From IMG/VR virus record IMGVR_UViG_3300042852_000025, positions 8,557 through 72,556 of that record: 64,000 nt of DNA; one strand, 5' to 3'. Every line of letters starts with the position of its first letter. Positions within the stretch are counted from its first letter, which is position 1. The notes beneath the pieces were generated by a model that was given only the letters and a program-made list of their open reading frames with translations, did not search any database and was not told the origin of the DNA. This DNA is from a virus (taxonomy: Duplodnaviria; Caudoviricetes). The position numbers were made by a program, and so were the translations under genes. Below, piece by piece: positions 55,988-63,985 of the stretch.

Positions 55988-56392
55988 ATGGCTTTCAAAG
56001 TCCCCGAGCGTTTCCGCGTCACCGCCGGCATGTTGGCCAGCGCCAAAGCCACCCACGGCAATAACGGCGCGTTCATCATTCCGCTACGCGACCCCGCCAC
56101 CCAAGCCGTGTTGCAGGCGCGGGTGATTGCCTCCGATCAGGAATCGTGGGAACACGTCAGCGTCAGTTTCCCCAGCAAAACCCCGTCCTGGGACGTGATG
56201 TGTACGGTTAAGGACCTGTTTTGGGGGCCAAATGATTGGGTGCTGCAGTACCACCCGCCTGAGCGTGAGTATGTGAATTTTCATCCGCACTGCCTGCACA
56301 TGTGGCGCCCGATCGGCCAAACGTGCCCCGTCCCGCCAAGCCATCTGGTCGGCCCGCTGGCCCGCCGTACCCCTGAACCCAAGGAATCCTGA
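55988..56392 (+). CDS. conserved phage protein
   Basis: WEHVSVS...PSW..MC.VKDLFW...QYHPP..EYVN.HP.CLH.W. Confidence 0.8.
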   Translation: MAFKVPERFRVTAGMLASAKATHGNNGAFIIPLRDPATQAVLQARVIASDQESWEHVSVSFPSKTPSWDVMCTVKDLFWGPNDWVLQYHPPEREYVNFHPHCLHMWRPIGQTCPVPPSHLVGPLARRTPEPKES

Positions 56393-56394
56393 TC

Positions 56395-56844
56395 ATGGGC
56401 AACTGCACCGTATTCCACGATGAACTGCGTTTTCTCGTAACCGACCCCGACGCCCTGCATGTGTACGTGTTCCTGCGCGCCGAGGGGGATTGCCCGTTCA
56501 TGGTCAACGGCTGGCACTACAAGGAATTTCCAGCCTCTGTGACGACTTTCGATGTGTTGAAAATGATGGGTGACGGCAGTGAAAAGCCGATCAACTGGGA
56601 GCGCCAAGCACCAGGGCCAGTATGCACGGACTCCATTTTCAGCCCGAATGAATACGTGCCGGTCCTCGCTAAAGAGCTGAACGAATGGCAGCTCAGCACC
56701 GTCGCCGACGACCGCCTTAGCCCGGTGGATATTGCCGATCAGATGACCGCTCGACTGACCTCATCGCCAAATTGGCACAAAGCCTGCCCGCACTGCCGGG
56801 CGCACGACATGCTGATGCAAGCGCAAATGGCGCCGCGGGAATGA
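56395..56844 (+). CDS. hypothetical protein
   Basis: 149 aa, AAGGA SD, C-terminal CPHC. Confidence 0.6.
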   Translation: MGNCTVFHDELRFLVTDPDALHVYVFLRAEGDCPFMVNGWHYKEFPASVTTFDVLKMMGDGSEKPINWERQAPGPVCTDSIFSPNEYVPVLAKELNEWQLSTVADDRLSPVDIADQMTARLTSSPNWHKACPHCRAHDMLMQAQMAPRE

Positions 56845-57299
56845 ACCAACCGCCCGACACTTGGGCCGCTGAAATGCAGGCCCTGCAGGACCAGATCGAG
56901 CAGCTGGGGCTGGAGCTGGAGTGCGCCAGGCGCAACGAGAACGCCGCCACCTACTGGCAGGGGCAGGACGATGGGGTTAAGGGGGCAGCGGCCCGCTGGG
57001 CGGAAGCTTTGACCTGTGCGATCCCCAAGGCCGGCACCATGCAAGAGCCGCTGGAGTCGCTGTATCGGCGCACCGAAACGCTGCGCCTAGAGCGGGACAC
57101 CGCAGTCAGCGACCTCGCCTTGGCGCGGGGCCAAAACGACGGCTACCTCTACCTGCTGCACGCCGCGATGGCGGTGATCGAGAAGCACTGGGCGCCGCAC
57201 GATCCCATTTCGTCAAACGTGCGCGACGAACTCCTGGAACGCTTTGGCAAGTCGGCCGGTGCGGCGTGGGAGGCGGTGGCAGCGGGGCTGCGACGGTGA
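56841..57299 (+). CDS. hypothetical coiled-coil protein
   Basis: ATGA-coupled ORF. Confidence 0.6.
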   Translation: MNQPPDTWAAEMQALQDQIEQLGLELECARRNENAATYWQGQDDGVKGAAARWAEALTCAIPKAGTMQEPLESLYRRTETLRLERDTAVSDLALARGQNDGYLYLLHAAMAVIEKHWAPHDPISSNVRDELLERFGKSAGAAWEAVAAGLRR

Positions 57300-57517
57300 A
57301 CTACGCGATCGAGCAGCGCCTGCGCCTGATTGATTTCCTCCTGGAGCACTACGGCCACGTCGGGCGCCCCGAGCTGTGCGCCTATTTCGGGATCAGCCTG
57401 CCGTGCGCCTCGTTGGACCTCACGATGTACCGGGAGGCCAACCCGGGGAACATCGACTACGACTTCAAGAGCAAGCGGCGGGTGCGCAGCGCGACGTTCA
57501 AACCGCGCTATTCCTGA
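57296..57517 (+). CDS. CapW-like winged-HTH domain-only protein
   Basis: EQRLRLIDFLL..YGHV.R..L..YFGIS...ASLDL..Y....P.N..YD......FKP; no WYL domain. Confidence 0.8.
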   Translation: MNYAIEQRLRLIDFLLEHYGHVGRPELCAYFGISLPCASLDLTMYREANPGNIDYDFKSKRRVRSATFKPRYS

Positions 57518-57549
57518 CCGGCAAGACAACTATATAGAAGGAAGCGTCT

Positions 57550-57822
57550 GTGGAGACTGACACCGTCAAGGTGGGGCTGACCCCATGCGGAAGACCAAAG
57601 TTGACCTATGCCATGGAACAGCGAATGCGCTTCATCGACTTCGTGCTGTTCCACTTCGGCCACATCACCCGCAAACACCTGATCGAGTTCTTCGGCGTGA
57701 CCTCGGCCACTGCCACCCGCGATTTCGCCCTGTTTCATGAGCTGTACCCGGGCATGGCGCGGCTGAATCACATCACCAAACTGTACGTTCCGACCAAGGA
57801 GTACAGCCGCATTTTCCCGTAG
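57550..57822 (+). CDS. BrxR/CapW-like winged-HTH domain-only protein
   Basis: EQRMRFIDF.L...G.I.R..L...FGV....ATRDFA.F..L.P; no WYL domain. Confidence 0.8.
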   Translation: METDTVKVGLTPCGRPKLTYAMEQRMRFIDFVLFHFGHITRKHLIEFFGVTSATATRDFALFHELYPGMARLNHITKLYVPTKEYSRIFP

Positions 57823-57855
57823 TCCCGACACACCAACCATGCAAAGGAATAAGAC

Positions 57856-58146
57856 ATGGCAACGCGCATCTGGAAATGGCCCCTGCAAATGACCGCCCTG
57901 CAAGACATTGACCTGCCGATCGGCGCCAAGTACCTGGACGTGCAGCTGCAGGGCGACGAGCCGCAGCTGTGGTGTCTGTGCAATGCCAACGCGCCGCTGG
58001 AACCGCGCCGGCTGATGATCCACGGCACCGGCAACCCCATGCCCGACGACCCGGGCGCGTACCTGGCCACGTTCCAGACCGGCGCGTTCGTATGGCACCT
58101 GTTTGAAGTTCCACACCCCACCATCGAGCAAAGGAATGAAGCATGA
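57856..58146 (+). CDS. conserved phage protein
   Basis: IWK.PL...LP.GA..L.VQ.Q....LW...GTG..P....Y..T.Q....VWHLFE. Confidence 0.8.
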   Translation: MATRIWKWPLQMTALQDIDLPIGAKYLDVQLQGDEPQLWCLCNANAPLEPRRLMIHGTGNPMPDDPGAYLATFQTGAFVWHLFEVPHPTIEQRNEA

Positions 58147-58793
58147 ATACTGAAATTCTCGCGATACTCGACCGCAGCGGTTCCATGTGCAACATCGCGG
58201 AGGACGCGATCGGCGGCTACAACACCTTCCTCAAGGACCAGCAGGGGATCGAGGGCGCAGCGCGGATCACCGTGGTGCTGTTCGATGACCAGTACGAGCT
58301 GCTGTACGCCGCCACGCCGTTGGCCGAGGCCCAGCCACTGACCTCTATGACCTTCGTGCCGCGAGGCGGTACGGCGCTGATGGACGCCATCGGGCGCACC
58401 CTGCAGGTGGAAGGGGCACGGATCGCGGCCGAGGGCTGGGCCGAGAAAGTCATCGTCTGCATCACCACCGATGGTGGCGAGAACATGAGCAAGGAATTCA
58501 CCGCGCCGATGGTGCGCGAGCTGGTCACGGCGGCCGAGGCCAAGGGCTGGGCGTTTGTGTTCCTCGCGGCCAACCAGGACGCCTTCGCCACCGCGCAGTT
58601 CTACGGCATGAGCGGTGCCCACGCGCAGACCTTCACCGCCAACAGCGCCGGGGTGGGGCAGGCCTACGCCAGCATCAGCAACGTCACGCGCAGCTTGCGG
58701 TCAGGGCCGGAGGCCGCCGTGGAGGACGTGCTGGCGTTGCGCGATACAGCGGCCACCCCGAAGAAGAAAGCCAAAGCGCAAAAAGGTGCGTAG
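58143..58793 (+). CDS. von Willebrand factor A domain protein
   Basis: MIDAS DRSGSM, GGTALMDAIG, ITTDGGEN, FVFLAAN. Confidence 0.9.
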   Translation: MNTEILAILDRSGSMCNIAEDAIGGYNTFLKDQQGIEGAARITVVLFDDQYELLYAATPLAEAQPLTSMTFVPRGGTALMDAIGRTLQVEGARIAAEGWAEKVIVCITTDGGENMSKEFTAPMVRELVTAAEAKGWAFVFLAANQDAFATAQFYGMSGAHAQTFTANSAGVGQAYASISNVTRSLRSGPEAAVEDVLALRDTAATPKKKAKAQKGA

Positions 58794-59035
58794 TGAAGGC
58801 GCCCACGCGCTGCGGTTCGGAGTTGCGCAAGCTGATCGAGTTCGCCAAGGAGCTGGGCTTTACCTGCGAAACGACCGGCAGCAACCAGCTGTCCTTTCGC
58901 CGTCCGCACACGCGGTCGGTGTGGGCTTCGTGTACCCCGAGCTGTCACCACGCCCGCAAGAACACTCGCCACGACCTGCTGCGGGCCGTGCGCGAGGCGG
59001 AAGAACCAACCAACAACCAAGGGAATGAGCAGTGA
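58793..59035 (+). CDS. HicA-like protein
   Basis: LI..A...GF.....GS.....R....V..S.TPS...A..N....L.R. Confidence 0.6.
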   Translation: MKAPTRCGSELRKLIEFAKELGFTCETTGSNQLSFRRPHTRSVWASCTPSCHHARKNTRHDLLRAVREAEEPTNNQGNEQ

Positions 59036-59304
59036 GCGGGACCAAAGCATCACCGGAAATCGAATACCTGGGGCAGTTCCTGTACGTCCAACGCAAGGCC
59101 CTGCGCCTGACGTTGGACGAGGTGGCCACCGGAGCCGGCACGTCGAAATCCTACCTGTGGGAGATCGAGCACGGGCAGGCGTCACCCTCGTTCATGTTGG
59201 TCGCCCGCTTGTGCCAGGTCTTGTGCCTGGACATCGGCGGGCTGGCCGCCGGGGCGTTGAAAGTGGCTGAGGTGTGCGGGGAGGTCGAGCCGGTTCAACC
59301 ATAA
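59032..59304 (+). CDS. XRE-family HTH regulator
   Basis: LTLDEVA..AGTSKSYLWEIE.G...PS. Confidence 0.9.
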   Translation: MSGTKASPEIEYLGQFLYVQRKALRLTLDEVATGAGTSKSYLWEIEHGQASPSFMLVARLCQVLCLDIGGLAAGALKVAEVCGEVEPVQP

Positions 59305-59384
59305 ATCTCTCCCTGATACCCGTAAACATTGGGCAAAACCCACGTTTAACCGCGAATCTGTCCCTGATTGCCCCTTGAAAACCA

Positions 59385-59420
59385 CCCCCATTTTCCACGC
59401 TGAAACGTGGAAAATGGGGG
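59385..59420. repeat. perfect 15-bp inverted repeat
   Basis: CCCCCATTTTCCACG-CTGAAA-CGTGGAAAATGGGGG. Confidence 0.85.
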
Positions 59421-59532
59421 TTCCGACGTGATGAATCACATGAAGAACGCCCGATAGCGTATTAAAAACATACGCATACTTATGATCACATCACTTTGAT
59501 TCGGTTGGGGTTTTTTCCGGGGGAAAACCCCC

Positions 59533-59541
59533 TGTGGATAA
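59533..59541 (-). promoter_or_regulatory. DnaA box
   Basis: TTATCCACA consensus adjacent to iterons. Confidence 0.85.
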
Positions 59542-59542
59542 C

Positions 59543-59624
59543 ACCGCGAATCTGTCCCCCTTTGACCGCGAATCTGTCCCCTTTAAACCGCGAATCTGTC
59601 CCCTTTAAACCGCGAATCTGTCCC
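59543..59624. repeat. replication-origin iterons (4 x 22-bp period)
   Basis: ACCGCGAATCTGTCCC at 59543, 59565, 59587 and 59609; fifth copy at 59349; AT-rich DNA follows. Confidence 0.95.
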
Positions 59625-59718
59625 TGTACTTCGTAAAAAACCGTTATAAATCAATCTGTTGCGACGGCGAAAACAAGGTTTAAAACAAGAAAAACAAGCT
59701 CTAAAAGGACTGCTCGGG

Positions 59719-60429
59719 CTACACAATCAGTTCCAGTTGCTGTTCGCAGCTGGCTTTGGGACGGATTGTGAAGAGGAATCCGGCGATGGCGCGGCCATTG
59801 CGTCGAGGTTCTACGGTCACGGTCAGATCCGTGTGGCAGTTGACCTCTTCGATCGCCGGGTCCAGCACCCGTTTACGCAGGTCCTTGACGTTGGGGTACT
59901 TGTCGCCGAGGTCGAGCATGCCCCGCAGTTGCTCCAGGGTGCATTCTCGTGCTTTGAGCCGGATAAACTGGGCCATCAGCTCGTACAGGCGAATCGCGTA
60001 GAAGGTCGAAAGCTTGCCGATCTGACGCAACTGATACGAGGTGAATTCCTTGTTGAGCATGGTCAGGTGCGGAACCACCTGCGGGGAAAACCCCAGCTGG
60101 ATACAGCCGCGCCCTTCCATGTAGTCGCACAGGTAGACCCAGCGCATGCGCTTGACCAGCTTGCCGCCTTTGTAGTTGCGGATGTCCCGTGCATAGAGGC
60201 GGTTTGCCGCGTCTTTCATGGCGAAGTAAGTGCTTTTCGGGTCGGTCCCAAACACCTCAGAGAACACATCGGCCCGTATCATCAGCACCCCGTCCTTGGG
60301 CAGCGGTTTTCGGGGGTCGAGCATGGACGCGGCGAGTATCACCAGCCGCTTTTCATTAAGGGTCAGGGTGTGGGCGGCTTCGATCAGCCGGTTTGATTGG
60401 GTGACGATGTTGCGCAAGGCGGTGCTCAC
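59719..60429 (-). CDS. repA: plasmid replication initiator (Rep_3 family, pPS10 RepA-like)
   Basis: VTQSN.LIE..HTLTLNEKRLV..AAS..D.RKPLPKDG; FTSYQL..IG.LS.FYA.RLYEL..QF. Confidence 0.95.
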   Translation of the reverse strand: MSTALRNIVTQSNRLIEAAHTLTLNEKRLVILAASMLDPRKPLPKDGVLMIRADVFSEVFGTDPKSTYFAMKDAANRLYARDIRNYKGGKLVKRMRWVYLCDYMEGRGCIQLGFSPQVVPHLTMLNKEFTSYQLRQIGKLSTFYAIRLYELMAQFIRLKARECTLEQLRGMLDLGDKYPNVKDLRKRVLDPAIEEVNCHTDLTVTVEPRRNGRAIAGFLFTIRPKASCEQQLELIV

Positions 60430-60602
60430 AGGCGCTCCAGATCCGTAGGTAGATCCGGTAACGGTAGACAGGGACAGGGTCTAATGCAAGCCCCTACACC
60501 TAGCCGGAATTTCTCCCTGATCGACGCCCGTTTGCCCCAGCAGAACCGGGGCGTTCACGCACCATGCCGGATTCTCTCCCTGATAGAGGGTAGGGGAAAC
60601 CC

Positions 60603-61001
60603 CTACACCGGCCCCAGCAACACCGCCAACGCCTGCGCACAGCGGGCCTGAAAGGCTTGCTCCCCCAACGCCTTGCGCAGCTCGCGCAGCAGCACCAGGT
60701 CGACGCTGTTGGCCTCCAGCCGTTCGGCCTTGTGCAGCTCGGCGACATGGCGCAGCAGGCGCTGCTGGTCACGGCGCAGGTAACGCAGCTTGGCGGTCGC
60801 CCGGCTGTACCACTCGGAATCGGCAAACACCTGGTCGATCGCGCTGCGCCGGCGCACCACGTCGAGCTTGTTGCTCAGCTCGATGATCGTCGAATCCAGC
60901 TCGACGCGCAGGGTCTCGCACGCGGGCAGGGTGGCCGGCATTTCCAGCAGGTCGGGGCGGGGGCGTAGGGCGGGGTTGGCAGCGGGTGCTTGGGCATTCA
61001 T
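60603..61001 (-). CDS. hypothetical coiled-coil protein
   Basis: 132 aa; D.EW..RA..KLR motif. Confidence 0.7.
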   Translation of the reverse strand: MNAQAPAANPALRPRPDLLEMPATLPACETLRVELDSTIIELSNKLDVVRRRSAIDQVFADSEWYSRATAKLRYLRRDQQRLLRHVAELHKAERLEANSVDLVLLRELRKALGEQAFQARCAQALAVLLGPV

Positions 61002-61052
61002 GCGGGGGTCTTCGCTTTTGGTGGATGACCCCCTTGAGTTTAGGTCAGGTTC

Positions 61053-61322
61053 TCAGGCCTTCAGTGCATCCGGCACCAACTGTCCGCCCAGCGCTTCCCA
61101 CTTCCCGGGGTGCGCCTGTTCGACGGCGGCGTACAGCGTGCGCACTTCCATCACCGCTTCCTCGGCGCTCAGGTAGTCGTGAATACGCATCGCACCCAGC
61201 GCGACGATGTGCAGTTCGAGCACCAGCGCGGCGGCTTCCTCGCTGCTGTCGGGGAGGAAGTCCAGGCCGCGGCGCAGGTTGGCCAGGGTTTGTTGTTTGA
61301 GTTCTTTTTTGGTCAGGGTCAT
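61053..61322 (-). CDS. small helical protein (paralog array)
   Basis: AAGGA SD; shared ..HP motif. Confidence 0.7.
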   Translation of the reverse strand: MTLTKKELKQQTLANLRRGLDFLPDSSEEAAALVLELHIVALGAMRIHDYLSAEEAVMEVRTLYAAVEQAHPGKWEALGGQLVPDALKA

Positions 61323-61350
61323 TGCGGGGTGTCCTTGAGTTTAGGTCAGG

Positions 61351-61722
61351 TCAGTGGATCGTCCTCAAACCGCGATCACGGAATTCACGCAGTGCGCCTT
61401 TGGCCAGCTGCACCAGCTCGGCGTCGGTCTGCGGGGCACTGAGCACCTTGGCGATCACCTCGTTGAGAATCGACAGGTCGCCGCTGAGTGCGGTGTCGAG
61501 GCGCGGGTGGGCCGCCTGAAACGCCGCCACCAAGGCCGCCCGCATCCCTTGCGCCTCGGCCTCGGCGAGGTCGCCGTCATCACGCATCACGCACAGGGCG
61601 CGCAGGCCCATGTCCAACAGGGACACCGCCCCGACTTCGGTGCTGAGGGGCAGCAGCCGCAGGATCGAGGCCAGGCCTTCGTGCATCTTGTTTTGGTGTT
61701 CGGTGCGTTCGGCGGGGGTCAT
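61351..61722 (-). CDS. small helical protein (paralog array)
   Basis: ATG 61722, AAGGA SD. Confidence 0.7.
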   Translation of the reverse strand: MTPAERTEHQNKMHEGLASILRLLPLSTEVGAVSLLDMGLRALCVMRDDGDLAEAEAQGMRAALVAAFQAAHPRLDTALSGDLSILNEVIAKVLSAPQTDAELVQLAKGALREFRDRGLRTIH

Positions 61723-62156
61723 GTCGGGTCCTTGGGCGGCAGGCCCAGCGCGGCGCGGTTGGTCTGCTCCAGCGCCGAGCCGGGGTAGCCACCGTGTTCG
61801 TCGTAATTCTGGTGCCATTCGTGGTTGTCGCGCACCGCGTCTTCCAGCCCGCGGATGCGGTCCAGGTATTGGTTGGCCTCCCGCGCCTGCTCGACGATTC
61901 GCCAGCCCTGCCAGAGGTTGTGCTGCTGCAAGGTGGCCAGGTCCGGTGGGTCAGGCACGCGGCGTGGTCCGAAGTCCGGTCGCTCGCCCTCGCGGTCGTA
62001 GCTGTCCTGCAGGACGTTGACGCAGGCGCTGTCGCCACAGGAGGCGCAACTGGTCAGGCCGAACCAGGTGGTGGCTGGCTTGCCACAGCCGGCATCGCAG
62101 TGGCCGGTCACCGGCATTTTGTCGAAACCGGCCCGCCAGTTTTCGTCTTGGGTCAT
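61719..62156 (-). CDS. hypothetical zinc-finger protein
   Basis: CDAGC...CASCGDSAC. Confidence 0.65.
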   Translation of the reverse strand: MTQDENWRAGFDKMPVTGHCDAGCGKPATTWFGLTSCASCGDSACVNVLQDSYDREGERPDFGPRRVPDPPDLATLQQHNLWQGWRIVEQAREANQYLDRIRGLEDAVRDNHEWHQNYDEHGGYPGSALEQTNRAALGLPPKDPT

Positions 62157-62425
62157 TGTCCTGGCTCCGGCGGCCGGGTGTCGCGCAGCACCTGCTGGGT
62201 CAGGGCGTCGATCCGACCCACCGTGGTGGTTTGCAGCTCGGTCAGCAGGGCGTTGGCCTGATCCTCGGTGAGGGCGCCGGCCATGTGCAGGCCCTGGAGC
62301 AGCCCGAGGACATTGAAACGGCGGTTGCTCGCCGCCTGCGGGTTGTCGGCCAGGGTGACCAAGCGGATCTGCTGCCGCGCCTTGGCGTGCAGCTGGGTGC
62401 GTTCGTGGTCGGTGTATTCAGGCAT
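62153..62425 (-). CDS. small helical protein (paralog array)
   Basis: MPEYT start; GLLQGLHMAGALTEDQA. Confidence 0.7.
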   Translation of the reverse strand: MPEYTDHERTQLHAKARQQIRLVTLADNPQAASNRRFNVLGLLQGLHMAGALTEDQANALLTELQTTTVGRIDALTQQVLRDTRPPEPGQ

Positions 62426-62735
62426 GGCTGATGCTCTCCACATGCGTGCGCAGGGTCGCCACCAGGCCGCGCACCGGCACGGTGTCATAACGGGGGTCGA
62501 GGTAGGTGTCGAGGATGCCGGCCAGCAGCAGGTCGAGCATCTGCCGGGCCTTGTGCGCGTCCTCGGGGACGAACACCCCCAACTGCACCAGCACCTCCAG
62601 GCGGCCCTTGAGGCGGGCGGCTTCAGTGATGGCCAACAGCGGGTCTTTGAGGTCGGCGAAGGCGTGGAAGCGAGCGCCAAAGGTGGCCAGCGCCGCCAGT
62701 TGCGGGGCGGTGAGGGTCGGGGTGAATTCAGGCAT
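62418..62735 (-). CDS. small helical protein (paralog array)
   Basis: MPEFT start; GRLEVLVQLGVF.PEDA. Confidence 0.7.
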   Translation of the reverse strand: MPEFTPTLTAPQLAALATFGARFHAFADLKDPLLAITEAARLKGRLEVLVQLGVFVPEDAHKARQMLDLLLAGILDTYLDPRYDTVPVRGLVATLRTHVESISHA

Positions 62736-63033
62736 GGCTGAGACTCTCCAGCAGGCCGGGGTGTTCCCGTTCGTAGGCGCGGGCCAGGTCGGCCAGGCCG
62801 AGCTGGAAGCGTTCGTCCGTCAGCAGGCCGATGCCCCATAGCGCTTCCAGGTGTTTGACGATCTGCGTGTGCAGGTGCAGGGCGGCGTCGGCCGGGCGCA
62901 GGTGCAGGGTCTGCAACTGGCGGACGATCGCCACCAGCACCGCGGCGCGGTAGTCGGCGGTGCTGAGCGGGTCGCTCAGGTCAGGGGCGGGCAGTTGGGC
63001 AATGGTTTCGTCGAGGAACAAGACGCTCAGCAT
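62728..63033 (-). CDS. small helical protein (paralog array)
   Basis: LEALWGIGLLTDE..LGLADLARAYEREHP. Confidence 0.7.
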   Translation of the reverse strand: MLSVLFLDETIAQLPAPDLSDPLSTADYRAAVLVAIVRQLQTLHLRPADAALHLHTQIVKHLEALWGIGLLTDERFQLGLADLARAYEREHPGLLESLSHA

Positions 63034-63035
63034 GG

Positions 63036-63347
63036 TCAGTCGTCCAGGTCAGGGAGTAAGTCCAGCAGCGCGGGCTGGGCGCGCTCGTAGTGGCGGCGCA
63101 GGTCGGCCAGGCCGAGGTCGAGTTCGACCCGGGTGAGCATGCCAGCGTAGTGCAGGGTATAGAGGTGCATGGTGACCCGGGTGAACAACGCCAAGGCGTC
63201 CCGGGCGCCGAACTTCTCCAGCAGCAGCAGGCGCGTGGTGATCGCCAGCAACACGCGGTTGCGATACACCCTGCAGCCTCGCGGGGTGATCAGGTCGGGG
63301 CGGCCGAAACTTTCAATGTCGGCGTCGAGGGCGTCGCTGGGGGACAT
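63036..63347 (-). CDS. small helical protein (paralog array)
   Basis: AAGGAG SD; LYTLHYAGMLT..ELDLGLADLRRHYERAQP. Confidence 0.7.
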   Translation of the reverse strand: MSPSDALDADIESFGRPDLITPRGCRVYRNRVLLAITTRLLLLEKFGARDALALFTRVTMHLYTLHYAGMLTRVELDLGLADLRRHYERAQPALLDLLPDLDD

Positions 63348-63637
63348 GGCAGTGCGCTCCTTGCGGATGGTGGTGCGGAATAGGTGGGGGCCTGTGTCAG
63401 CGGTGAGGGAACCGACACGGCCGCCCGGGACGTACCTGCCTGGGGGTCGACCAGGCGAACGGCAGCGTCGGCGCACGGTAGCACGCGGGTTGCGGGGTGT
63501 GGAATAGGGGGCTTTGACTTGGTGCAGGGGGAAGGGTGAGTCGCCCGCCGGCCCGGAAAAACCTGCGGGCGACTCGCGGGGCCAGCGATCTGCCAATGCA
63601 CTGGCCCCGGTACGGCGACGTTAGCACGGGCGGGGAT

Positions 63638-63985
63638 TCAGGCAAAGGGCACTTCTTTCTTCGACGGCAGCCGGTCCATCAGCGTCGGGTGGTGGCGGTC
63701 GTACAGCGCCCGCAGTTCGCCCATCAGTCCGAGGGTCAGTTCGCCACTTAACAGGTCGTGGTTGTACAGCCGCAGCAGGCGCCCGCGGATGGCCTGGTAG
63801 AGGTCCAGCGCGGGCTGCTCGGCGAGGGTCGGCAGGTCCAGCAGGTCGAGGGCGGTTTGCGCCAGGTGCATGGTGCGGAAGTCGGAGCGGCCGAGGGCGC
63901 AGCCGCCTTCTTCCAGGTCGCGGGTGGCCAGTTCGTCGACCATCAAGGCGAGTAGGTCGCGGGTGGCGGGGTTGGGGATATCCAT
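63638..63985 (-). CDS. small helical protein (paralog array)
   Basis: GGAG SD; LLRLYNHDLLSGE..LGLMGELRALYDRHHP. Confidence 0.7.
   Translation of the reverse strand: MDIPNPATRDLLALMVDELATRDLEEGGCALGRSDFRTMHLAQTALDLLDLPTLAEQPALDLYQAIRGRLLRLYNHDLLSGELTLGLMGELRALYDRHHPTLMDRLPSKKEVPFA

Noticed and set aside
59543-59624. CRISPR-like repeats
   Set aside because: Spacers are only 6 bp and near-identical, with a DnaA box and rep gene adjacent and no cas genes: these are iterons
63397-63645. 82-aa ORF starting MPES, like neighbouring MPE starts
   Set aside because: TTG start, Pro/Arg-rich non-family sequence overlapping a hairpin; insufficient support
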